Part shown: piece after piece, positions 38,431 through 47,831 of the stretch
Numbering within the stretch: position 1 is the stretch's first letter
Layout: each line of letters begins with the position of its first letter
DNA from: a virus
Taxonomy: Duplodnaviria; Caudoviricetes
Virus record (IMG/VR): IMGVR_UViG_3300020202_000083
Location: 1-60,495 of that record
Direction: 5' to 3' (one strand)
DNA length: 60,495 nucleotides
Notes under the pieces: model-generated
Told to the model about the DNA's origin: nothing
Databases searched by the model: none
The model's input: the letters and a program-made list of their open reading frames with translations, nothing else
Position numbers and translations under genes: made by a program

Positions 38431-40013
38431 GCAGCCTCACTCTCAGCTAGTTTGGTTTTCAGAAAATCAACGAGTTGACAGAGCTTGCGGGTGTCGTTCC
38501 CGGCCCGTTCGATGGCGGCTTTCGCCCTGTCCTGTAGTTTCGGGTTTGCTCTGTCGATCAGCTGCTTGATCTCGACCATAACTTTCTCGACATCGAGGGC
38601 GCCGGCGCGCGTCGCCTGCTCAAACTCCTCCCAGTCGAGCGCCATCTCGTAAGGCAAGTTGTACTTGTTCTTTGCGTCCCAAGCTGGGCGATGTTCCGTG
38701 TACACCACGCGCGAGCCATCGCCGACGCCACGGACTCGGCCATCTTTCTCGCGGGTGTATATCCTGTAGTTGGCAAACAGCACAGCCTTCGGCCACTCTT
38801 TGATTAGGGCTGCCGCTTTGCCGTGGAGCTTGAGCTCGTAGCGGTCGTAGTCATCACCGACCGGGTTTCGGAAGGTCTTCACCTGACTGTGTGCCAGGAC
38901 AATGACGTGCATTCCCTTCTGCATATGCAGAACATCGAGCTTGTCCGTCAGTCTGCGCCACTCCTCGAGAGCGAGCACATAACCTTTGCCATAGCCGAAA
39001 TCCTCGATGGAGTCCTTCTTGCCCTCGCGACAGACGTAGTCATGGATCAACGGCTCGAGCCAATCGACCGTATCGATGGCAATCGTCTTGAAGTCGTGAT
39101 TGCTGTTGGCGAGCTCGTCTAGTGCTTCCACGCACCCTTCCCAACTGTCTGGTTTCGGGAATCGCGCGACATCGAGCTCTGACGTTCCGTTCTCCGAATC
39201 GAGAAAGACGGGGTTAGGAGCATTGGCGGCGAACGTGCTCTTTCCGATCCCTTCTGGGCCGTAGAGCACTACACGGAGCGGCGTTTGAAGGCGCCCCTTT
39301 CTCACATTCGATAGCTTCATGTTGGACATTCGGTTCTCCTTGCCTTGTTGCAGGTGTGATGTGTAGGCAGAGCACTTCGGGCGCGCACGACAGTAGAATG
39401 CGTCGCAATGCGGACCGGGATTCGCTGGCGTACGCTTGGCCAGTAGGTCTCCCATCAGTACGACCAACCGCGCCCTGTCATTCTCGATGTCGGCAGTCGA
39501 TCGTGCGACAACGTCGACCACGACCTTGCCAGTCTGCTTGTCGACGTAGTGAAACTCTGTGCGCTGCACGCCGGTCACGACGCTGGCGAAACGGAGCTGC
39601 CAGGCTTCGGTCGCGGGCACTCGTTTTTTCCCGGTCTTTAAGTCGATTATTGTCGTCTTGCTGACAATGTCGAGCGTCCCGGCAATGCCACTAACCAGGC
39701 CGTAGCCTCGACCGATGCGCTCGCCAATCTCTCGAGCTGAGCCGTCGGGTAGCAGCTCGTAGGCTACCTCGTGACGACGTGGCGACGGGAGGAGCGGCTT
39801 TCCGTGCCGCAGCCAGCCTTCGTACATAGCACGCACCAGACGTTCGGTTTCTTCGTCCTGTAGCTCAAGGCGGGCGCCGTATCCGTTTTCCACGAGCGAG
39901 TGGAATGCGGTACCAAACTGCGCGGCTGGCCCTGGGCGATCTGGAACGTAGATGTCCGTCCAGTGGAGGCACTGCACAGCTAGATCAAGTTTGGACGCGG
40001 TGAGTTTAGCCAC
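38427..40013 (-). CDS. Cas4/AddB-like PD-(D/E)XK nuclease fused in frame to Sak4-like AAA_24 ATPase
   Basis: GTAFH, GTLDI...IIDLKTG, WQL, C-terminal Cys triad; then YGPEGIGKST, IAIDTVDWLE; internal AAGGAG-ATG at 39329. Confidence 0.8.
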   Translation of the reverse strand: MAKLTASKLDLAVQCLHWTDIYVPDRPGPAAQFGTAFHSLVENGYGARLELQDEETERLVRAMYEGWLRHGKPLLPSPRRHEVAYELLPDGSAREIGERIGRGYGLVSGIAGTLDIVSKTTIIDLKTGKKRVPATEAWQLRFASVVTGVQRTEFHYVDKQTGKVVVDVVARSTADIENDRARLVVLMGDLLAKRTPANPGPHCDAFYCRARPKCSAYTSHLQQGKENRMSNMKLSNVRKGRLQTPLRVVLYGPEGIGKSTFAANAPNPVFLDSENGTSELDVARFPKPDSWEGCVEALDELANSNHDFKTIAIDTVDWLEPLIHDYVCREGKKDSIEDFGYGKGYVLALEEWRRLTDKLDVLHMQKGMHVIVLAHSQVKTFRNPVGDDYDRYELKLHGKAAALIKEWPKAVLFANYRIYTREKDGRVRGVGDGSRVVYTEHRPAWDAKNKYNLPYEMALDWEEFEQATRAGALDVEKVMVEIKQLIDRANPKLQDRAKAAIERAGNDTRKLCQLVDFLKTKLAESEAA

Positions 40014-40248
40014 GCCCCCGCCCCTCCGGCATCGCCCTGCCCTTGTCGGTGAGTGCATACCCGATCGGCCGATTGCTCTCGGGCAAGTAGAACTCTAGCC
40101 AACGATGCACGTTGACGCGTTCAGCCTCGGACAGGGCCACAGCGAGCACGTGGGATAGTTCCGCGCCCTTACAGGCGATTCCGACGACGCGCTCAGTCAT
40201 GGCTCACCGTGTGGCTCTTCGGCCATGCCGGGCCGCGTTTGGCGGTAA

Positions 40249-40572
40249 TCATCGCCAGACCCTCACGGTCGCATCGGGATTGTCTTCGCAGGCCGCGAGA
40301 TAGCGCCGGGTGAATTCCAGTAAGCCCTCGTAACTTCCCCAACCGTTCTCTGGATTGAACTTCCGGAACCCATCAGGGTCGGCGGTTAGCCGCTCGATGC
40401 CGGCTCGCAGGATTGGTATTAGCTGCCCAGCCTCTTCGATACCGTGCTCCTCCGGCTCCCAGAGAGCTTCGTAGATGCCTGCCTCGCGCGCCATGCGTCC
40501 AACGTTGTGAGTGATGTTGGCCGTAAACACCTCGATTGGGCGCTTCGCTTCCAAGTAAACATCTAGGCTCAC
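40249..40572 (-). CDS. Conserved-looking phage hypothetical protein
   Basis: NITHN...FNPENGWGSY pattern. Confidence 0.6.
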   Translation of the reverse strand: MSLDVYLEAKRPIEVFTANITHNVGRMAREAGIYEALWEPEEHGIEEAGQLIPILRAGIERLTADPDGFRKFNPENGWGSYEGLLEFTRRYLAACEDNPDATVRVWR

Positions 40573-41350
40573 TTCAGCACCCTCCTCACATACTCCGTCA
40601 CCATCGGATGCCCCTCGACGCGCTCAGCTCGCGCACGGAGCTCCTTCAGCACCGGCCCCGAGAAGCGCCGCCCAGCGGCGAAGCCAATCCAGTAGGCAAT
40701 AAAGGCGCCGAGCGCGCTGCCGATGACTGAGCCCCAGTCCATTAGACAGCCTCCTTCATCTGACACTCCAGCATCGCGACCTGAAGCGCGTGCGCCCAGG
40801 CGTCGAGCCGGTCAGGTCGGTCGATGCTGACCGTTACGTCCCTGAGCATGCAGCGCAGGTACACGTGCCATCCGCCTTCGTGAGTCATCCACTCGGTAGC
40901 CACGCGACCGGAGTCGGCTGTGAGCCACTGCTCCCGCATGGTGTCGATGCGCATCGCGTGGGCGAGGCGAGTAACGGTGTCGAGGGTGGCGGTCATCGTC
41001 GTCGCTCCCGTAGTCGCGCGTAACGCTCTGCAACTTCCGTCGACAGACCGTGGCGGCGGCAATGCCGGTCCACGTCACAGTGGCCACCGGCGCAAGGCCG
41101 ATACGCGATGGTCATGCAGATATCGATGAGCCACGCCGTGCGGGCGTACTTGTTCGGCCAGCGTTGATAGAACTCGAGTTGGGCGTTCATTACGCAACCT
41201 TCCTCCCTCTCATCCGTTCAAGCCGGTACGCCACTGCTGCAGTCCGTGCGTGGCGCTTGCACGGGCGTCCCTCGTCACAGCCGCTGCCGATGCAGGGCCT
41301 GTCACGGAGGCGCAGGCTGGTATCAACCAGGCGGGTTAGGAGGGCGCGGT

Positions 41351-41893
41351 TCATGACGACCTCTCGCTTGTTGGCGCAGCGTCGTCCCGTGCGGCACGCG
41401 CTGCAGCCTGCGCCTCCTGCCACGTGGCGAAGGTTGCATTGTCTGGCAAGCGGTCGCGGAATCGCTCGGGGATATCTCCCTGGCACCAAAGATTGCGCGT
41501 CAACACTTCGCGCCCGTCGTGGAAGCGCACGAGAAACGGCCTGCCGCTGTGCCCGCTACCCCATCCTGGTTGCGGTGCATCCGGCGCGATCCAGTAGTGG
41601 ACTCCGTCCACGATTACCGAGCGCTGGCAACCTTCGGCTTTCCACTGGAGTTTGCCGTGCCAGAAGTGGCAACGGTGACAGAGCTGCGCGGCGGCGAATT
41701 CTTCGCCGGCTTCCGGTATCCAAAACTTGGCGCGATCAAACTCTCCGCACTCGCGGCACTGGAAGCCGTCTCCCCACGCTTTCGCGGCGCATGAGCTGCA
41801 GAGCGTGCGGTCCGCGTCCGGACCGTCCCGGAAGTCGTTCGTGTGCTTGGTCTGTTTGCACTCGTCACACGTGCGATGCAGTTGATAGGTCAT
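41351..41893 (-). CDS. Zn-finger phage protein
   Basis: Multiple CxxC; TRNLWCQGDIP. Confidence 0.55.
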   Translation of the reverse strand: MTYQLHRTCDECKQTKHTNDFRDGPDADRTLCSSCAAKAWGDGFQCRECGEFDRAKFWIPEAGEEFAAAQLCHRCHFWHGKLQWKAEGCQRSVIVDGVHYWIAPDAPQPGWGSGHSGRPFLVRFHDGREVLTRNLWCQGDIPERFRDRLPDNATFATWQEAQAAARAARDDAAPTSERSS

Positions 41894-42158
41894 CGTTACG
41901 CAACCCCCAGACTAACCAGCATCACCGGCGCCATGATGTAGCTAGCCCGCAAGTCAGCCGCGCACGCGCTGCACAGGCGCTCGCCGACAGCAACCGGCTC
42001 CGTGCACACCTCGCACGCACTGCGACAGCGCCCGCAGTACGCATCGACGCGACCGAAGATAGTAGCGACGTGCTCGAAGCAGTCACTGCAGGTCGGGCAT
42101 TCGCAGGCGTCGACGTGAAGCGAGCAGTGGAGGCAGTAGGTGCCGGGGAGGGAGGAAC

Positions 42159-42623
42159 TCATGGCCCGACCCCTCGAGGCATGGCCGGGCATTCGCCGCG
42201 TCCGCACCAACCAGAAACTGAGTAGCGGCTTGGCTTGCCACAGGGGCACCGCTTAGCGCCGGCCCCGCCCAGGGAACGCTCCAAAAGCTGGTCCTGGGCG
42301 GGACCTATTCCGTTCTCTTCCGGTTGCCCAGACGAGTCGGCCGAGTCTGCGCGACCAGCCGCCAGTCGTCGCTTTAGCCACTTGCTCAACAGCCCGAGTG
42401 GTCCTGGTGTGTATTCCATCGGAACGGATGCGCCGTGCACGATGCGCGCGACGGCCTTGAGCCAGTCCGCCTCGATACGCTCTTCGCGGGCATCCTTGCG
42501 GACGACAATGTCAGCAGAGCGCGCGGTGCGAAGACGCGTGTCGTACTGCAGCGTGCGCACCATGTACTGGTACGTACGGCGGCCGAGCGCGAGCCGAAGC
42601 AGCAAGCGGCATACGGCACTCAT
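42159..42623 (-). CDS. Hypothetical protein
   Basis: ATGA-coupled in leftward early operon. Confidence 0.4.
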   Translation of the reverse strand: MSAVCRLLLRLALGRRTYQYMVRTLQYDTRLRTARSADIVVRKDAREERIEADWLKAVARIVHGASVPMEYTPGPLGLLSKWLKRRLAAGRADSADSSGQPEENGIGPAQDQLLERSLGGAGAKRCPCGKPSRYSVSGWCGRGECPAMPRGVGP

Positions 42624-42952
42624 CGCACCCGCCTCCGTCTCTCCTTCAGGCTCGCTACCTCTGCGTGACACACATAGAGCGAGTCGGTGATCTGCTTTAG
42701 CGCCTCTTCGAAGGCCTCGTTGAGTGTCGCTGCGGCAGCGTGGCCAAATGGGATTTGCCCGGCGCCGTTCTCGGCCCCACTGAGCGTCAACCGGACAGAC
42801 CAGCGGACCTTGCTCTCTACCAATGCGGTAGCGACGACGGCACTAACTGAAGCATCGTGAGCGCGCATCGCTTCGAGCCATTCGAGGACTCGCTGCATTG
42901 CGGCAGCCGCGCCGTCAGCCGCGACTGCTGCGGCCAGCACCTCGGCGGTCAT
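42620..42952 (-). CDS. Hypothetical protein
   Basis: ATGA-coupled. Confidence 0.45.
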   Translation of the reverse strand: MTAEVLAAAVAADGAAAAMQRVLEWLEAMRAHDASVSAVVATALVESKVRWSVRLTLSGAENGAGQIPFGHAAAATLNEAFEEALKQITDSLYVCHAEVASLKERRRRVR

Positions 42953-43278
42953 GACGCTCTCCGAACGGGCGCGGAGGCCTCACTGTGCTTCGCGGCATCA
43001 CGAGCGCGTTCGCGATAGAACTGCGCAACGGCCTGGCGTGTCTCCGCGCTCGGTAGCTTGCCGCTCTTCGGGATGACACCGGCGGCTTCTGCTACCGCGC
43101 GCCAGTATTCATCGGGCCAAGTCGCTAGGTTACTGGCGATGCGCTCGCCGTCGCGAACAGGATGAAGCACCGGCTGACGGCTGCGATCACTGCAGATGCC
43201 ATCGATGACGCGCACGAGGGCGGTCGCTTTACGGTAGCGACCGGCTCGTTCGAACGGATTGCGTGCGGTGATGTTCAT
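42949..43278 (-). CDS. Hypothetical protein
   Basis: MNITARNPF start; early operon. Confidence 0.5.
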   Translation of the reverse strand: MNITARNPFERAGRYRKATALVRVIDGICSDRSRQPVLHPVRDGERIASNLATWPDEYWRAVAEAAGVIPKSGKLPSAETRQAVAQFYRERARDAAKHSEASAPVRRAS

Positions 43279-43557
43279 TGCGCGATCTTTCGGAGAGGGA
43301 CGACATTCGACGGGCATTTCGTCAGCGCCGGTTTCGGCATGGGCACCGATCGGGGCGCCTCATCGATCGTTTCGCCCGACACGTCGGCCGTGCGCGGCGG
43401 TTCGCTTTCGCGCTCCTCCACAACGAGAAGCACCAGCACTGTGCGTTTCAACAGGACCTCCTTCGGCAGCTGGGCCGAAGTCGGGTGCATCTCGGGACCG
43501 GGGGGGGACAGTCGCGCGAGACGCGCCCGCTTCGGAGCAGGGCCGGCTGACACACAA

Positions 43558-43595
43558 CAAGTAGCGCACTGGCTACGCAGTAGTCAACTAGCTAC
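43558..43595 (-). promoter_or_regulatory. PL-like promoter with two operators
   Basis: Minus strand TTGACT; GTAGCGCACTGGCTAC 43561-43576 and GTAGTCAACTAGCTAC 43580-43595; 27/30 identical to PR. Confidence 0.8.
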
Positions 43596-43714
43596 TAGAG
43601 CAATTCGACACGAGGGCAAAGAACGGCCGCTCGGCCGAGCTGTGTGGACATTGCTCGTCACTGGGTGCGGTACGACTCGTGGTTATCCACAGCCGATGGA
43701 GTTATCGCTGACGC

Positions 43715-44314
43715 ATGGGCGGTATTTCAGCAGCAGAGATTGAAGGCGCTGCCGATGGGCTGCTTCGCTGGGCCGGAGATCAGGCCCCAGGCATTGTGGC
43801 CTTGGCGGAACGGTTGCTCGGGGCCGGTTGTGTGCGCGCAGTGCACGCTGGGGCGTTGCCCGGAGTGGCCGCTGTGGCCCGCGTGGGAGGCAACTGGCGG
43901 ATCTACATCCGCGCTAGGGCATCTGCGGAACAACAGACCTTCGCAATCGCGCACGAGCTCGCTCACTGGTGCTTAGGGGAAACGGCGACTGAGACCGAAT
44001 GCGATGCATTGGCTGCCGCCCTGGTGATGCCCTGGCGGCCGTACCTCGCCGCGGCGCGTTCTATCGGTCAGTCGTGGTCTGTTCTTGCTCAGCGGTTCGT
44101 CTGTACGGAGAGTGCCGTTGCGCTCCGCTGGGGTGAAGTTGTACATGATCCGCTGGTACTGATAGCGCCACGCGTTGTTCGTGTGCGGGGTGCCCCGTGG
44201 ACATGGCCGCATGATGAGCGCCAGCTACGCGGGTTGGCCAAGGCGAGCCGCGAAAACGTTAGCGTTTCGACCCTTGACGGCGATCACCGACGCGTCCTGC
44301 TCATCGCGGTCTGA
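43715..44314 (+). CDS. ImmA/IrrE-family Zn metalloprotease (anti-repressor)
   Basis: FAIAHELAH HExxH, ECDALAAALVMP, LAQRFVCT HTH. Confidence 0.8.
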   Translation: MGGISAAEIEGAADGLLRWAGDQAPGIVALAERLLGAGCVRAVHAGALPGVAAVARVGGNWRIYIRARASAEQQTFAIAHELAHWCLGETATETECDALAAALVMPWRPYLAAARSIGQSWSVLAQRFVCTESAVALRWGEVVHDPLVLIAPRVVRVRGAPWTWPHDERQLRGLAKASRENVSVSTLDGDHRRVLLIAV

Positions 44315-44316
44315 TT

Positions 44317-44586
44317 CTAGGTTTTGCGCGGTCTTCCGGTGCGTCTTGGTGTTTTCAGCCGTGGTTGCTCGAAGAGCGTCCCAACGTTGACGCCTAGGAC
44401 CTTGCTCAGGCGAACAAGGCTGCGCACACTCAGGTTTTCTGTGCCGCGTTCGATGGCCTGCCAGTAGCCAAGGCTCACGTTTGCCAGTTCTGAGATCTGT
44501 GCTTGCGTAAAACCACGCAGTCGGCGAAGCTCGGCGATCTTCCGGCCCAAGTTGACAAGGACTTGGTCCGCATCCTGTTGGGGCAC
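44317..44586 (-). CDS. XRE-family HTH regulator
   Basis: IAELRRLRGFTQAQISE...IERGTENLS. Confidence 0.85.
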   Translation of the reverse strand: MPQQDADQVLVNLGRKIAELRRLRGFTQAQISELANVSLGYWQAIERGTENLSVRSLVRLSKVLGVNVGTLFEQPRLKTPRRTGRPRKT

Positions 44587-44760
44587 CGGGCCGCAGTACA
44601 GGAGCGACGCTGGAGAAAAGACTTACTTTTAGGTGAGGCTTTGAAAGGAAACAGGCGGGAGATGCAGCACAGACCAAAGGGGGACTACTGGGTGGGCTAT
44701 GCTCGGTGTGGCCGTTACTGGTCGGCGGCCATTTATCTTCATGATTGCGGTGAGTACCAC

Positions 44761-45540
44761 CTAGCGCACGTTGCGACGGGGTCGTGGAGGCACGTTCGAA
44801 GGGCGGCTTGTTTCGCCCCCGCCCTTGCCTCGCTTCTTGCCGCCGAGCGTGGCGGGCCACATCTTGACGCTGCTCCGCGCGTCGTCCGCTGAGACCCCCT
44901 TCTCGGTGTCCTTTGTGACAACTCGTTCACCTGGAGGGGCTTGGCGGTGCTTCTTAGCGAAGCGCTCTGCCGCGAGCTGATTGTCAAAGAAGATGAACGC
45001 GTCGATTTCGTCGATCTGTTCTGCGTCGATGAAGTCCGACGAGCCGACCAGTTCGTCCACCTTGCGCTTATCGTACCGCTCGTAGAGACGCTCGCGCACC
45101 TTTTTGAGGCTGCCCCGACGGTCAGCTTCACGCTCCGTCTCGTAGACGCGGGTAATGCCGGGCGATGGTGTGTCCGCAGGAGGCGCCACGACCTCCCGCC
45201 GCGGTGGCTTCACTTCCTCTTGTCCAGCATGGGTAACGACCCTCGGTGGCACCGGCACGCTTGGCGACGGCCAGGGACCTCGACCGAAGGCCAGCCATTC
45301 TTCAGAAACACCGAACGCGTTGGCTAACTTCTTGATGACCGGCGGCTTTGCTTCGTGTTGCCTTCCGTTGAAAAGCTTTCCCAGGAGACCGCGCGAGATT
45401 TCGTGCTCCTCCTCGACCCTCGTTGCAGGTGGGAGCTTCCCCGTATCCGGATCAAGCGGAAGGCAGTGGTAGGCATACCAGACGCGAGCGCCCAAGCTCA
45501 TGTCCACATGTTGCCATGTAGCTACCTGAAGAATCGACAT
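44761..45540 (-). CDS. CI-like repressor
   Basis: HTH region ending KLANAFGVSEEWLAFGRG; divergent from cro across the operators. Confidence 0.7.
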   Translation of the reverse strand: MSILQVATWQHVDMSLGARVWYAYHCLPLDPDTGKLPPATRVEEEHEISRGLLGKLFNGRQHEAKPPVIKKLANAFGVSEEWLAFGRGPWPSPSVPVPPRVVTHAGQEEVKPPRREVVAPPADTPSPGITRVYETEREADRRGSLKKVRERLYERYDKRKVDELVGSSDFIDAEQIDEIDAFIFFDNQLAAERFAKKHRQAPPGERVVTKDTEKGVSADDARSSVKMWPATLGGKKRGKGGGETSRPSNVPPRPRRNVR

Positions 45541-45578
45541 GAAGCGGATTGACTACTAGGTAGCGAGTGCGCTACTTG
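45541..45578 (+). promoter_or_regulatory. PR-like promoter with two operators
   Basis: TTGACT 45549; GAAGCGGATTGACTAC 45541-45556 and GTAGCGAGTGCGCTAC 45560-45575. Confidence 0.8.
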
Positions 45579-45587
45579 GTAGTGGAG

Positions 45588-45872
45588 ATGGTCGCGCAAT
45601 ACGTCAGCCGCTCGAGCACCGCGCTCGCGAAAGTCATGGATGAGATCGGCGTCGGAAAGCTCGCCGAGGACACCGACATCCACCGAACGCAGCTCTGGCG
45701 GTATTCGACGGGCCGCAGCAAGCCAGACGCTGATCAGATCGCGAAGCTGCATCGGGCTACCGGCGGTCGAGTTGCGGCCGACGGCTGGGAGACACTCGCC
45801 CAGTCTGACACCGAAGAAGACGCGCGACCTGCTGAGCCTAAGCCGGCCGGCAACCCAAGCGCTGCGGAGTAA
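45588..45872 (+). CDS. Cro-like HTH protein
   Basis: KLAEDTDIHRTQLWRYSTGRSKP...ATGGRV; GGAG RBS. Confidence 0.8.
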   Translation: MVAQYVSRSSTALAKVMDEIGVGKLAEDTDIHRTQLWRYSTGRSKPDADQIAKLHRATGGRVAADGWETLAQSDTEEDARPAEPKPAGNPSAAE

Positions 45873-45948
45873 CCAAATGTCGTTCACTCCTGAAGCCATT
45901 CGTGTACCTAGACCACCGAGAGCGGACTTTGGCGCTGGGCGTCTGTGC

Positions 45949-46155
45949 CTAAGATCCAGCGCCCAACGTCCGGGAAGCACGCGCAGCGGCCTCGTAGCAG
46001 ACGATCTGCCCGCCGTCGCAGCTCACAGCAACTATGTCCCCGTTGGTGGGGTCGCGCGTGAGTCGGTCGTAGTACCAAGCTGGCCCCCCGCTCCGTCCGC
46101 ACGCGAGCAAGAACGCCAGGACGGTGGCCAATCCAAGAAGAGCGGTTCTCGCCAT
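45949..46155 (-). CDS. Small lipoprotein
   Basis: LAFLLAC lipobox. Confidence 0.5.
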   Translation of the reverse strand: MARTALLGLATVLAFLLACGRSGGPAWYYDRLTRDPTNGDIVAVSCDGGQIVCYEAAARASRTLGAGS

Positions 46156-46158
46156 GGT

Positions 46159-46596
46159 TCATTGGCGGGTGGCAACCTGGTCGTAAGTGCTCGCGCACCC
46201 ATCGCCGCTGAACGGGTCCGTGATGACGATCGAAAGCGTACCTGTGATGCGCTCGCCGTCGGCGTCCTGCTGCTCAGTAAAAGCGACTATCTCGGAAACG
46301 AAGCCCGTTTCGGGATCCAGGCACCGAATCGATCTGTCGAGTCGGCAGCCGTCAGAGCTCCATTGGTCAGGCTGGACGAACTCGCAGTCAGCAAGAGCCT
46401 CGCCTTCACCACCCGCCTCGTAGCGAACGACCTGGTCCGGAAACTCGCCGCACGTGCCGTTAGCGCGCTGGTCGTAGCTGATGACGTACGTGCCCACGCG
46501 ATCGGTCTCCGGATCGCACGTGAACGAGTTTTCATCTTCGCCTCCACAGCCGACAAGCCAAACCGTCAACAGTGCCGCAATTGAGAGTTTTTCCAT
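46159..46596 (-). CDS. Cys-rich lipoprotein
   Basis: VWLVGC-GGEDE lipobox; paired Cys, acidic. Confidence 0.65.
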   Translation of the reverse strand: MEKLSIAALLTVWLVGCGGEDENSFTCDPETDRVGTYVISYDQRANGTCGEFPDQVVRYEAGGEGEALADCEFVQPDQWSSDGCRLDRSIRCLDPETGFVSEIVAFTEQQDADGERITGTLSIVITDPFSGDGCASTYDQVATRQ

Positions 46597-46612
46597 GATC
46601 GCTGCGAAAACC

Positions 46613-46849
46613 ATGACCACCTGCGGAAATCAAGCAACGCCAGCCTTGACGTTGCGCAGGGCCGCTGCTGCCCGTTTGCGTCGCCTGGTGTGCGCTTCTG
46701 GTCTCAGCACGGAAGAGATCGCGCGGCGTTACGGGCTTGGCGTGCGGACTGTGCAGCGACTGATCGCCGGTAAAACCAGGATGACGGGACTCGAGCTCCT
46801 GTGTGCGCTCGAAGCTGACGTGGCGAATGACGTGAAGGAGGCGGCGTAG
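46613..46849 (+). CDS. HTH protein (CII-like position)
   Basis: GLSTEEIARRYGLGVRTVQRLIAG. Confidence 0.7.
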   Translation: MTTCGNQATPALTLRRAAAARLRRLVCASGLSTEEIARRYGLGVRTVQRLIAGKTRMTGLELLCALEADVANDVKEAA

Positions 46850-46852
46850 GTC

Positions 46853-47245
46853 ATGACCAAGGTTGCTGGCTCGCGAGCTTTTCATGGGGCGCTGCGCGCT
46901 CAGATCGACGCAGCCTGGGAAGATCACATAGCGGGCAAGCGTGCGTCTCATTCAGCTAGCCTGCTCTACGGTTACGCGCCTGCTGATGCCACTGACCTGC
47001 GGGGCACTCCCTGGGTCCCATCTGTTCCCGTCCCCGTAGCTCAAATGCAGCGCCCGGTATGCGGCTGCGGGCAAACCCTTCTTCGGTCGTTTCCGGACTG
47101 GCCAGGCATGTGCGGCGACTGCGCGGCGGTGGTCGAAAAGTACGGCGACCACCTCGGCGACAGGGACAGACTCGAAGAACCAGCGGACCCCGATCCCACG
47201 AGCAACTGGGCCGCGTGGGCGCACCCGAACTCGGAGGGCCCATGA
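46853..47245 (+). CDS. Hypothetical Zn-finger protein
   Basis: CGCG...CGDC. Confidence 0.45.
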   Translation: MTKVAGSRAFHGALRAQIDAAWEDHIAGKRASHSASLLYGYAPADATDLRGTPWVPSVPVPVAQMQRPVCGCGQTLLRSFPDWPGMCGDCAAVVEKYGDHLGDRDRLEEPADPDPTSNWAAWAHPNSEGP

Positions 47246-47318
47246 CCATCGCCACCAACATCGTCATGGGCCTTGGTCTCACGGTGGTAACGATGCTCGT
47301 CGCCAGGCGGGTGCTCGC

Positions 47319-47831
47319 ATGATCCCGAAGGCGCTGCTTATCGCCATCGGCCTATTGCCGGTGTTCCACGAAGATAAGGCCGACGATCGCAAGGGCGCAC
47401 AGCTCGTGACCGTGGCTGCCGCCGTGCACGAAGCAGCGCGCGAGCAGAAGCGCTGGCCGGGCACTCGACGCGAGCTTGAGCTCCTGCTGTTCACCATCGG
47501 ATGGCATGAGTCCGCGTTCTCGCTTCGCATCGGCGAAGGTCGCTGTAAGCCCCACGAGTGTGACCGCGGCAGAGCGGCCGGCCATTGGCAGATGCATCGC
47601 GCAACAAGCTCGAGCGAGGCTGCCTGGGTCGCTTCAAAGACCGACATCCGTATCGCTGCGCGCGAAGCCGCTCGGGCTCTCACACGGGCCAGGTGGGTGT
47701 GCAAGGGCACGTCCGGCGACTGGTTGACGGAGACTCTTAGGGGTTACGCCGGCAGTGGTTGCCGCAAGTCGTTCCGGGGCGAGGCTGCTCGGGTCGCGAC
47801 GTTCCGGCGATTGGAGAGGGGCGGTCAGTGA
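47319..47831 (+). CDS. Lysozyme-fold/lytic-transglycosylase-like protein with N-terminal signal
   Basis: Hydrophobic N-terminus; IGWHESAF catalytic ES; AAGHWQM. Confidence 0.5.
   Translation: MIPKALLIAIGLLPVFHEDKADDRKGAQLVTVAAAVHEAAREQKRWPGTRRELELLLFTIGWHESAFSLRIGEGRCKPHECDRGRAAGHWQMHRATSSSEAAWVASKTDIRIAAREAARALTRARWVCKGTSGDWLTETLRGYAGSGCRKSFRGEAARVATFRRLERGGQ

Noticed and set aside
39330-40013. Cas4-like gene as evidence of CRISPR-Cas
   Set aside because: No repeat-spacer array or other cas genes seen; context is Sak4/SSB recombination
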